Positions 33,335 through 43,229 of a DNA stretch of 64,000 nt are shown here, in pieces. A program made the translations under genes and the position numbers. The number at the start of each line of letters is the position of its first letter. Positions within the stretch are counted from its first letter, which is position 1. Below the pieces are notes generated by a model. That model was given only the letters and a program-made list of their open reading frames with translations. It did not search any database and was not told the DNA's origin. Where the stretch lies: contig CAWCNS010000011.1 of assembly GCA_963796965.1 (NCBI GenBank), positions 544,001-608,000 on the forward strand, written 5' to 3'. Origin of the DNA: Calditrichia bacterium (lineage in GTDB: Bacteria; Calditrichota; Calditrichia; JAJRVZ01).

Positions 33335-34033
33335 CTACTTTGCTGATTTATTGTGGTGATTAGATTTAATCATACCATCTTCTAACTCCACAACGCGCCC
33401 TGCCTTACTGGCCATCATTTCATTGTGAGTTACGATAATAAATGTCTGATTAAATTTATTATTAAGTTCCAGAAGTAATTCATATAAAGCCATGCTGTTC
33501 TGTTTATCAAGATTTCCAGTCGGTTCATCGGCTAAAACAAGTTTCGGATTATTTATCAATGCCCGTGCTACCGCAACCCGTTGTTGTTCACCGCCAGATA
33601 ATTCTGAAGGTTTATGGGTCAGTCGATCGGCAAGCCCAATTTCGGTTAATAAACTTTCCGCTCTATCCCTGATGGCCGGGACATCTCCTTCATGCATCAT
33701 CCCGGGGATCATAACATTTTCTAAGGCTGTGAATTCAGGAAGAAGATGATGAAATTGAAAAACAAATCCAATTGATTTGTTTCTGAATACCGCCAGGTCC
33801 TTTTCCTTTAATACGAAGATGTTCTCACCGTCTATCAATACCTCACCCGATGAGGGTCGGTCCAGGCCGCCGACAAGATGGAGCAATGTACTTTTCCCAA
33901 CACCTGAAGGCCCCATGATGACAACAATTTCTCCTGTGGCCAAGTCCAGATTAATATTCTTTAAGACCTCTACTTCTTGTGGTCCTGTTTGATAGGTTTT
34001 ACACAAGTCTGTTGTATTTAAAATTTTACTCAT
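33335..34033 (-). CDS. lolD: lipoprotein-releasing ABC transporter ATP-binding protein
   Basis: GPSGVGKST, FQFHHLLPEFTALENV, LSGGEQQR, ADEPTGNLD; adjacent to the permease. Confidence 0.92.
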   Translation of the reverse strand: MSKILNTTDLCKTYQTGPQEVEVLKNINLDLATGEIVVIMGPSGVGKSTLLHLVGGLDRPSSGEVLIDGENIFVLKEKDLAVFRNKSIGFVFQFHHLLPEFTALENVMIPGMMHEGDVPAIRDRAESLLTEIGLADRLTHKPSELSGGEQQRVAVARALINNPKLVLADEPTGNLDKQNSMALYELLLELNNKFNQTFIIVTHNEMMASKAGRVVELEDGMIKSNHHNKSAK

Positions 34034-35261
34034 ATCGAATCGCTTCCACTGGATATAGTCTTGATGCTTTAAAGGCTGGATAAACCGATGCTAAAAAACA
34101 TAGGATCAATGCAATGCCGGATATGGCAACAAAATCGATCATATGCATTTCAATAGGAAGTGAATCAATGATATAAACATCAGCCGGTAATGACACTAAT
34201 TTATACTCCAATTGCAGAAAACCAACCGTATACCCAATTACACAGCCTAAAACCGTACCAATGATTCCGATTCCTATTCCCTCGTACATAAATATCTTCA
34301 TGATACTGTTAGAAGTGGCCCCCATGCTTTTTAAGATTCCTATTTCCCGGGTTTTCTCCATAACAATCATGATGAGTGAACTGATAATATTAAAAGCTGC
34401 CACCATTATTATCAGACTTAGAATTATAAAGGCTCCCCATTTCTCGATTTCCATCCAACTGAAAAGTGACTTATTTAATTCAAACCAGGTTAGTGTCGTA
34501 AAAGGATAGCCCAATTCCTCCTCAATACGTAAGGCAACCTCACCGGCCTTATAATAATCCTCTATCTTAATCTCGACCCAGGTAATGCCATTGGGCATAT
34601 TAAACAGTTTCTGAGCAGATTCAAGAGATATGAAGGAAAAAATTCTGTCATATTCGTAATAACCAAATTCAACGATTCCTGCCACATAAAATTGTTTTAC
34701 ATTTGGTTGGCTAAAAATACCACCCTCTTTTGGGATGGTAAATAAGGTAACCACTTCACCGATATCCAGGGCAAGGAGACGGTCTGCCAGATATCTTCCC
34801 AGAACTATTCCCGGTAATTTTTTACCATCTATTTCTTTTTCACTAAAATCGAGTGTGCCCAGTTTCATTTTTTCCCGAATATTTGAAATTTTTGAAATCG
34901 ATTCAAGATCGATTGCTTTTACAGCAGTAGGACGCTGGGTATAACCCGATCTAATCATACACTCTTCTCTGATAACCGGAGAGGCGCCAATGACCTCGGG
35001 TTGTTTTTCGGCAACTTTTAATAATTTTTCTTTTTCCGTAATGGTCTGGTTATAAAACTTACGTAGTCGGATATGGGCATCCGCATCTATAAGTTTGGAG
35101 CGGACTTCCGATTCAAATCCATTCATTACTGAGAGTACAAGTATTAAAGCGGTGACACCAATAGTAACCCCAGCAATCGACACAAAAGTGATGATAGAAA
35201 TAAATCCGGTTCTTTTTTTGGCCCGAAAATATTTTTTTGCAACAAATGATTCAAATGACAT
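34026..35261 (-). CDS. lipoprotein-releasing ABC transporter permease (LolC/E family)
   Basis: LSVMNGFE, VAAFNIISSL, EKTREIGILKSMGA, YPAFKAS..PVEAIRYE. Confidence 0.92.
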   Translation of the reverse strand: MSFESFVAKKYFRAKKRTGFISIITFVSIAGVTIGVTALILVLSVMNGFESEVRSKLIDADAHIRLRKFYNQTITEKEKLLKVAEKQPEVIGASPVIREECMIRSGYTQRPTAVKAIDLESISKISNIREKMKLGTLDFSEKEIDGKKLPGIVLGRYLADRLLALDIGEVVTLFTIPKEGGIFSQPNVKQFYVAGIVEFGYYEYDRIFSFISLESAQKLFNMPNGITWVEIKIEDYYKAGEVALRIEEELGYPFTTLTWFELNKSLFSWMEIEKWGAFIILSLIIMVAAFNIISSLIMIVMEKTREIGILKSMGATSNSIMKIFMYEGIGIGIIGTVLGCVIGYTVGFLQLEYKLVSLPADVYIIDSLPIEMHMIDFVAISGIALILCFLASVYPAFKASRLYPVEAIRYE

Positions 35262-35266
35262 ATTTA

Positions 35267-36768
35267 TTACGTCCCTTCTGGTCTCATTTGTGGAAAAAAT
35301 ATAACATCTCTGATACTGGCAGAATCTGTAAGAAACATAACCAGCCGATCAATGCCAATCCCTAATCCGGCCGTAGGCGGCATTCCATATTCTAATGCCC
35401 GAAGATAATCCTCATCAATAACTTGTGCTTCTTCATCACCACGATCCCTCAATTTCATTTGATCAAGAAATCGTTCTCGCTGATCCAGAGGATCATTCAA
35501 TTCACTAAAGGCATTACCAATTTCTTTACCCCCGATGATCGGTTCAAAACGTTCAACCAGACGTGGATTATCACGGTGTTTTTTTGCCAATGGTGACATC
35601 TCCACCGGATAGTCCATAATAAAGGTGGGTTGAATTAATTTTGGTTCAACATGATCTCCAAATATTTCATCAACCAATTTTCCAAATCCCATGGAAGAAT
35701 CTTCTTTAACATCTAACTTTTTTACCGTTTCTCTTAGAGTTGATTCATCCATATCACTTATATCGATTCCGGTATATTCTTCAATGGCGTCATACATGGA
35801 TAATCTCGGCCAGGGGGCAGAAAGATCAATCTCATGTCCCTGATACATAATCTTTGTGGTACCCTTCACTTCCTTAACAACAAAATTGATCATCTCTTCC
35901 ACAAATTCCATCAGCCAGATATAGTCTTTATATGCAATATATAATTCGACCTGTGTAAATTCAGGATTGTGAAAACGATCTATTCCTTCATTACGAAAAT
36001 CTTTTGCAAACTCATAAACCCGTTCCATACCGCCGACAATTAAACGTTTTAGATAGAGTTCATTTGCAATGCGCAGATAAAGATCAATATCCAATGTGTT
36101 ATGATGGGTAACAAATGGCCTTGCCGCCGCACCACCATAAATGGGTTGCAGAATGGGTGTTTCTACTTCAAGAAATTCATGTTTATTTAGAAACGAGCGG
36201 ATTGACGTAATAATTTTACTTCTCGTAATAAATACATCACTTACTTCAGGATTTACAATTAAATCTACATAGCGCTGTCGATAACGTAATTCAACATCAG
36301 CAAATTGATCGAATACTTTTTTCTCATCCTCTTCAATTTTTTCTTTTACAATGGGTAGAGGTCGCAATGATTTTGATAAAAGTTGAAATTTTTCAGCCAA
36401 AACAGACATTTCACCGGTTCGGGTTTTAAAAACCTTTCCTTCAACCCCAACCAAATCACCGATATCCAGCAATTTAAATAGATCAAATCCATTTCCATCT
36501 ACCTGGTCTTTTCTTATATATACCTGAATTTTTCCTGCACGATCCTGTAAATGAAAAAAGGCTGCTTTACCCATCAGCCGAACAGACATCATTCGTCCGG
36601 CAATTGATACTGTTTTTTCTTCAATTTTCTGAGAAGTTTTCTAATATATCTGTATGAAAGATCGTTTTGATTAAAAATATAGGTATAGGGATTCACCTCC
36701 ATATCGGCTAATGTGTTCAACTTTTCCCTACGGAGAATCATTATTTGATTTAAATCTTCCACTAACAT
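35267..36768 (-). CDS. lysS: lysine--tRNA ligase (indel near 36640)
   Basis: [22 protein letters not shown]...[21 protein letters not shown]-terminus RREKL...NPY in the 36589..36786 frame; ATG 36768 behind AGGAG. Confidence 0.97.
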
Positions 36769-36792
36769 ACTCCTGTTCATCGACAATGGTAT

Positions 36793-37885
36793 TTACTGGC
36801 GGACGAGAAACTCTTTAATAAAAGGATCCAGATTCCCATCCATAACAGCTTGTGTATTACTGGTTTCATAATCGGTGCGATGATCTTTTACCAGATTATA
36901 TGGATGAAAAATATAAGAACGGATTTGGCTTCCCCAGGAAATATCTTTCTTTTGTTCTTCCATTTTCTTTTTTTCTTTTCGCTGTTCTTCCTCTTTTAAT
37001 TTATAGAGTCGGGCGGCAAGAATTTTCATAGCATTTGCTTTATTTTTATGTTGTGAGCGTTCATTTTGACATTGGACAACTGTTCCACTTGGTAAATGTG
37101 TAATCCTTATGGCAGAATCTGTTTTATTTACATGCTGCCCTCCGGCACCACTGGCCCGATAAGTATCAATTTTTAAATCAGCGGGATTGATTTCAATATC
37201 AATCTTATCATCAATTTCAGGTAAGACAAATACGGAAGCAAAGGAGGTGTGGCGTCTTTTATTTGCATCAAAAGGTGATATTCTGACCAAGCGATGGACC
37301 CCTGCTTCTGCCTGCAAATAGCCATAGGCAAAATCACCAACAACTTCTATTGTCACACTCTTTATTCCCGCCTCATCCCCACTTTGGATATCCATTATTT
37401 CGGATTTAAAACCAGCATTTTCGCAATAACGCAAATACATGCGCATAAGCATTTCTGCCCAATCTTGAGATTCTGTGCCACCGGCACCCGGATGGATAGT
37501 CAGAATGGCATTTCGTTTTGCCATTTTACCAATAAACATTCGTCTAAACTCCAGATCCTCAACCTCTTTTTCAAGTTTGGCTAAATTCAGTTGAATCTCT
37601 GGTTCTAAATCTTCTGAAGGATCCTCCTGCTGGAGTTCGATAAGAAGTTCAATTTCTTCAAGTTGAGCATTTTGGGAATCCCAACTATCCACCCAGGTTT
37701 TACGGTCATTAATTTCCTTTAAAACCCGCTGGGCTTCCTCATTATTATCCCAAAATCCTTGTTCCTGGGTTTTTTTTTCAATCTCTGCTATTTCTTTTCG
37801 TTTTTTATCAAGGTCAAAGAAAACTCCGTAGATTTATTAACTTTTCTCGCACACTATCTACACGATCTTTAATTTCAGAGTTCAT
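36793..37885 (-). CDS. prfB: peptide chain release factor 2, programmed +1 frameshift
   Basis: ORF0 MNSEIKDRVDSVREKLINLRSFL* ends at CTT-TGA-C (37819-37813) with an internal GGAG upstream; the +1 frame is continuous with the SPF/GGQ-bearing ORF. Confidence 0.97.
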
Positions 37886-37899
37886 CTTTCCTCCGTTTA

Positions 37900-38196
37900 T
37901 CCACGAATTTCACAAATTATTAAAAAAGAAAAAAAGCAACATCGAACAGTTTTCGTTATATCATCACCCAATTGATAAAGATTCTCTCATGATTTTTGAA
38001 CAAATAGTGAGATTCTTAGCCCGCTAAAAACTACTTTATGTCTTTTTTCCTTTTAAATCATGGACGATTTAATCCCAACACATTTAAAGGATATCGATAA
38101 TATTATCGGGATATCTTTGTTCTTAATTTTCTTTTCAGAATAGCATATAATTTACTTCTTTTTATAGAGCATGGCAAGGTAAGTGTAATTCATGGA
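37900..38196. repeat. 9-mer-period inverted-repeat element, copy 1 (long spacer)
   Basis: Left arm tccacgaatttcacaaatt (37900-37918); right arm gtgtaattcatgga (to 38196). Confidence 0.55.
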
Positions 38197-38202
38197 AAAT
38201 GG

Positions 38203-38241
38203 AAAAAAAAATCCTTCTTAACAAATTGCGTTAAGAAGGAT
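38203..38241 (-). terminator. intrinsic terminator after the tandem barrel genes
   Basis: 12-bp perfect stem atccttcttaac/gttaagaaggat followed by a T-run on the minus strand. Confidence 0.85.
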
Positions 38242-38267
38242 GAGTATTTTTAAATTTGATGTAGATA

Positions 38268-39402
38268 TTAATCTTCCAACACTTCTCTTATCTTTTCAAT
38301 CTCCAGATCTGCTTCTTCGCGGACTTTTCTGATTTCTTCCAGTTCTTTTTCCATATCAGCCGCTTTTTCTTTCTCTTCCATTACCTTCTCATAAAAATCA
38401 ACGCGTCGCTTAACCTCTGCATTATACACACCGCCGCCATACTGGGCACGTGCACCGGCCGGCAGAATACTGAACGTAATCCCCATCTGAACACGCCAGG
38501 GTGGGTAGTTTTTTGGCAAATCCAAACGATCAGACCAATCAGGTACACCACTCGTGCGTTGCCGTTCATCCGGAGAAACTCTGATATCAACCCCTAAATC
38601 AAAGTCATCCAACTGTAGGGTGCATAACTGACAGAAGGGGTAAGAAATGCATAATCCTCTGCACTGTAGACAAAATTATCAGGAATTGTCGTATAAAGGC
38701 CACCCCATAATTCCAGCCAGAATTTGAATAATCCAGCCGGTATGGTTGAGGAGAGCATAATCCTTAACTCCGATGAGTTAACCGTCGCGGTACGTGTCGT
38801 TCCGCCCTTTATATTCACCTCATTACCTTTTTCATTATGATTCCACCACCCCATATTAAAATGAAAACCAAGACCCTGATCAGGGAGATAGGCGTTTTTA
38901 TAATAGGATATACCACCAAAAATCCCGTATTCTACACCGCCCCCATAAAAGTCTGCCCAGGGATAATTATTGACCTCTGCTGTAGGAAAGAGCACGGTAC
39001 CCCAGAAGGCACCGGCAAAATGACCATATTCAAAATTGAAGGATCCGGCTTTAAGGGTGAGAAAAACATTATCAGGGACATTGGCTGTCGTGGTGTGATG
39101 ATTATCCTGATATACGCGGATACCAACAGTAGCATCAAGATGCTTGAAAATGCCGTAGGATATTGATGTATTCCCGCCACAATCCACCAATTAGCCGCTT
39201 GAAAATCAGGGGGGGCTTGACCAAGAAACTCACCTAATTTTGTATAAAAATTAAGATTGCCATAAAAATCCCAACGACCGGGCATTAGGGTACGGCCTTC
39301 CTGGGTGTGAAAAAGCCCAATACTTCCTGTAGTCGCCGGATTTTGGCCATAGACAGCGGTAGCAGTATATAGAATATATAGGAGAAGAAATAGTTTTCTC
39401 AT
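38268..39402 (-). CDS. hypothetical outer-membrane beta-barrel protein with C-terminal coiled coil (paralog B; two indels)
   Basis: Pieces 38932..39402, 38594..39190 and 38268..38612 join into one ~375-aa protein: signal peptide, amphipathic aromatic strands, E/K/R-rich heptad tail. Confidence 0.7.
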
Positions 39403-39445
39403 CTCATGCCCTTAGTCGATCGAAGTCGTATTCGTCACCCGATTA

Positions 39446-40572
39446 CTAACCTTCTTCTTCCAGAATTTGTTTTAACTCTTCCAGTTCTTTTTCCGCTTCT
39501 TCCCGTTCCCGTTTCAACCGATCCAATTCTTCCTGTACATTGTCGATCCGTTCCCTCTCTTCAATAATATTCTGGAAAAAATCTACCCGTTTATTAAATC
39601 GATCCCGTTCCATTTCTTCCGGCGTTTGCTCGGTTGGGGATAATGGTAGTAGAGTAAAGTTAACGCCATCCATGCTTTCCATGAGGATAATTGGGTAGAT
39701 CTAATATCGGTCTCCATGGTGGTTTGGTTTCTTCTACATTATTTGAGATCCGAATATCTACACCAAAATCAGCATACATCCAGCGATAGGGTTTATACCG
39801 AATGGCCGGTGTGACATAGGTATAAGCTTCACGGCCATAGACCATCGTATCAGCCTGATCAATCCAGGAGATACCATTCACTTCCAACATCAGATCAATC
39901 ATACCGACAGGATAGACAAGCCCCAGGCCATATTGTAATTTGGTGGCATTAAATCCTGGTTTTCTGCCACGACTTATCAACGACTTTTCCGGCATCATTA
40001 TGGGTATACCAACCCAGATTTAAATGGGCTGAAAAATTGCGGGTGAGCAGATAGGGATCGACATAATAGGATAAAGAGCCCATGCAGGCCAAATTCAACT
40101 TTACCACTGGAATATTCTGCCCAAACATAATTGGGTACTTCAGCCAGAGGAAAACGAAAATTCAACATGCCCACCGCCATAGAGATGGCGTGTACCCAGT
40201 GTAAATGAACCGGTTTTTAAACTAAGAAATAAATCGTCGGGAATATTGGCATTTTCGCTGATATTGGTATCCTGATACCAGCGAATGCCCAAAGCCATAT
40301 CAAGATGATCAACAATACCATAGGTGGTCCAGAAATTGCTGGCAACAACCCAGTAATTAACCGCAGCAAAATCATCGGGAGCAGAAACGATATTACTCCA
40401 TTCCCCCAATTTTGTATAAAAATTCAAATTTGTTTGAATCTCCAAACGCCCCTGTTCAAAGGTTCTTGCTGTCTGTGTATGCGATCAATGACCAACTACC
40501 GGTGGTCTGGGTTTGAGCAAGGGCTAGTGATGTAAGAATTAGTATTATTAATAGTGGGACGAGCCGCTTCAT
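39446..40572 (-). CDS. hypothetical outer-membrane beta-barrel protein with C-terminal coiled coil (paralog A; several indels)
   Basis: ATG 40572 after GGGAGG (MKRLVPLLIILILTSLALAQ). Shares NLNFYTKLGE, GIRxYQD, ANxPD, DxGVDIR, LDLPxNYP and KRVDF with paralog B. Confidence 0.7.
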
Positions 40573-40606
40573 CCCATCCTCCCAAAATGATTAGATAATC
40601 TCAAGA

Positions 40607-40635
40607 ATATTATTAATTTATATTATTTTTGTCAA
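40607..40635 (-). promoter_or_regulatory. sigma70-like promoter candidate for the tandem barrel genes
   Basis: TTGACA (40635-40630), 17 nt, TAATAT (40612-40607). Confidence 0.5.
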
Positions 40636-40751
40636 GAAAAATGAGGCAAATAAAAATATTTACCGGGACTCTAAAAATATCAATAATTTACGAATAAAAC
40701 CAAACTTATTCTACATTTGCTTAAAGATAAAATTATTCATTGTTTTTTTCT

Positions 40752-40776
40752 CTCGCAGAGACGCAAAGACGCAGAG
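40752..40776. repeat. 8-mer tandem repeat (CGCAGAGA/CGCAAAGA)x3, solitary arm
   Basis: ctcgcagagacgcaaagacgcagag. Confidence 0.65.
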
Positions 40777-40978
40777 AAATAAATTCAAGATTATATAATT
40801 TTCTACTAAGGTGCAGATTATATAATCCAGTTAATCAATATCTTCCAAACACTAATTTGAGAAGATACAAAGAAATCGCCTTAATAAAAAATTATTGATG
40901 TACTAAGAAAGTATCGGCCCGTTTAGGGATGTCTTTAAAAATATTATAAGAAATTGAATATATTCTCTTTACAGGTGG

Positions 40979-41446
40979 TTAATTTATAAGACTTATCAAA
41001 TAAATGGCATTAACGATGATCGCTATATCTCTGACAATTCCAATAAATCGGGTAAAAACATCATAAGCGCTTCCTGATACAATGATCGTATCACCCGGCT
41101 GCAGAAGTGGTAAGAGTTCACTGTTACCGGTTTTGATAAATTTTTCCACATCAACATTGATCACCTGTTGATTGGTGCGAATGATACGTACATCACTTAG
41201 ACGGGCAGTCGCTAAAGGGCCCCCAGCCGATGAGATTAAATCAATTAATCCATAGGCGCTGGGAATACTGTAGATACCAGGACGTTGAACATGACCCCAT
41301 AAATTTACATTTATCAACAAGATATCTGCACCACCAAGGATATATTGGGCCGGACGGTCACCGTATTGGATTGATGTTTGTGAATCCTGGGCAAAAGAGA
41401 TTGAAATCAATATGAAGATAAAAATTAACGGTAGAAGTTTTTTCAT
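40979..41446 (-). CDS. small SLBB-domain exported protein (mini Wza-like)
   Basis: VNLWGHVQRPGIY, LIDLISSAGG, LQPGDTIIV, then a C-terminal amphipathic/hydrophobic helix. Confidence 0.8.
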   Translation of the reverse strand: MKKLLPLIFIFILISISFAQDSQTSIQYGDRPAQYILGGADILLINVNLWGHVQRPGIYSIPSAYGLIDLISSAGGPLATARLSDVRIIRTNQQVINVDVEKFIKTGNSELLPLLQPGDTIIVSGSAYDVFTRFIGIVRDIAIIVNAIYLISLIN

Positions 41447-41458
41447 TTGACTCCTGAA

Positions 41459-42229
41459 TTATTCAATTATAAATGTTTTCCATACAGATTCTGATCCACT
41501 GTTATCCTCATTGGGGCCAATTGTATCTATTCGCCATTTGTATGTTCCGGGCAGAAACTTAGGAAAATTTGATATTGTCTTCAGATCTAAAATTTGAGAC
41601 TCAAAATAATTTTCAACCTGAAAGACACCAATATAATGAAGGTGTCCAAAATTATTTTCAATTCTCAGGATATAAAAGTTTGGGACTTCCACAAAATCCC
41701 ACTTAAGTATCGGTAACGTATCAAGCACGCTTTCATATGTTTGACCATCAGGTTGACGGGTTTCAGGCTTACTTAGCAACATGTACTTTAATGTATCGCC
41801 TGCGCCACTCTCTTCGTCCTGAGAATTTGTGGCTGTTACAAAATAATGATAATAAACATTCAAATCCAAACCCTGATCTGCATTATCATCCACATAGGTC
41901 GTATCTTTTCCTGCAGAGACCTGCTCAAGAACAATTCTTTTAATTATTCTAAAGTATGATTCATCATCCCGTCGTCGATAAACATTATATTGTTGGATAT
42001 TTCGGTCGTTTAAATCATACCAGGCCAGGAAAATACCGTCATTTTCCCAAACAGCATCAATACCCCGTTCCTGGGCTAATGTATCCTCAACCGAAGTATG
42101 GTGGACCATGTACACATTTTCCGGATCAGGCACAATTGGTTCACCTGCATTATCACAAGCGGCCATAAATAGCATGACCGTGAATAATAGTATTTTTAAT
42201 GTTTTAAAATATAAATGTAACGCCAACAC
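41459..42229 (-). CDS. fibronectin-III-like lipoprotein (start uncertain)
   Basis: MAAC lipobox; LAW...YNVYRR...YVD...YHYFVTATN..ES FN3 pattern; second Ig-like domain with PGTYKWRI. Confidence 0.7.
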   Translation of the reverse strand: MLALHLYFKTLKILLFTVMLFMAACDNAGEPIVPDPENVYMVHHTSVEDTLAQERGIDAVWENDGIFLAWYDLNDRNIQQYNVYRRRDDESYFRIIKRIVLEQVSAGKDTTYVDDNADQGLDLNVYYHYFVTATNSQDEESGAGDTLKYMLLSKPETRQPDGQTYESVLDTLPILKWDFVEVPNFYILRIENNFGHLHYIGVFQVENYFESQILDLKTISNFPKFLPGTYKWRIDTIGPNEDNSGSESVWKTFIIE

Positions 42230-43229
42230 GATGTGTATTTCCTAAATCATAATGTTGATAAGCATAGTCGACTTTAATTTTCCAATACATCACACCCGCT
42301 CCGGCTGTAAAATGACCATCATTACTTCCAACCCGGACCGCAAACATGGATTCATACAATATCTCACTTCCCAGATGCCAATTTCCACCGTATTTGGTAT
42401 CTACATCGTAGAGTAAAAACAACTGGCTGCTCATAAAATTGAGTGGCTGCATAAATGAAAAGCCAAAACGCCACATGCGTTCAATTTTATCTTTTTGTTT
42501 CGAATCTGTATCCCAGGTAATACTGGTATCAAAGATATCAAAGACACCCAAGCCGAGGCCAAAGTATCCAAAATTATCATCTGCAAACAGATTATTCAGC
42601 CCCATTTTAAGACGAACACCGGCGTCCAATCCTAGTCCGGATCCCGATCTGTCATAGAGGTTGGTATTGATCATTTTGAAATTTACACCGTAACCAAAAT
42701 CAATTGGAATATCAAAATACTGCCAACCCATATCCACATTCCAACGGGTTAACTTTGAAACGGTAATAAAATAGGCATTATTGGTAAAACTAAATGAACC
42801 GGAAGATGGCGCGGTTAGGCCATCCGTATCGGGATTTGCATAGCGTTCCGGACGTGTAAAATTATACAAATTATTATCATCAAAAAAAGGAATGTCATCG
42901 ACAGCAAGCCGTATCCAACTCGCGGCAAGGACCGTGTTACCAAATATAGGTAAAGCAATACTGGCGAAACTATGATTTTCCAAAGAATTGAACATCTCCG
43001 CATACATGGCAGAAGCCTGCGGACGGGATAAAAAGGCTGTCCCGGCAGGATTCCAGTAAAAGCCAGATCCATCATCGGCCTCAGCTGTATAAGCACTGCC
43101 TAAAGCCAGGGCCCTGGCCCCGATCCCAATATTAAGAAATTCGCCGCCATATTTGGTATCCTCTGATGTCTCCTGCGCAAAAACATTGGCAAGAAAGAGC
43201 AGAGAGGATATAATAACAAATACTTTCAT
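42204..43229 (-). CDS. PorV/PorQ (UPF0164) family outer-membrane barrel
   Basis: FLNIGIGARALALGSAY, YWNPAG, DYAY..DLGNTHRVGV.F. Confidence 0.85.
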   Translation of the reverse strand: MKVFVIISSLLFLANVFAQETSEDTKYGGEFLNIGIGARALALGSAYTAEADDGSGFYWNPAGTAFLSRPQASAMYAEMFNSLENHSFASIALPIFGNTVLAASWIRLAVDDIPFFDDNNLYNFTRPERYANPDTDGLTAPSSGSFSFTNNAYFITVSKLTRWNVDMGWQYFDIPIDFGYGVNFKMINTNLYDRSGSGLGLDAGVRLKMGLNNLFADDNFGYFGLGLGVFDIFDTSITWDTDSKQKDKIERMWRFGFSFMQPLNFMSSQLFLLYDVDTKYGGNWHLGSEILYESMFAVRVGSNDGHFTAGAGVMYWKIKVDYAYQHYDLGNTHRVGVTFIF

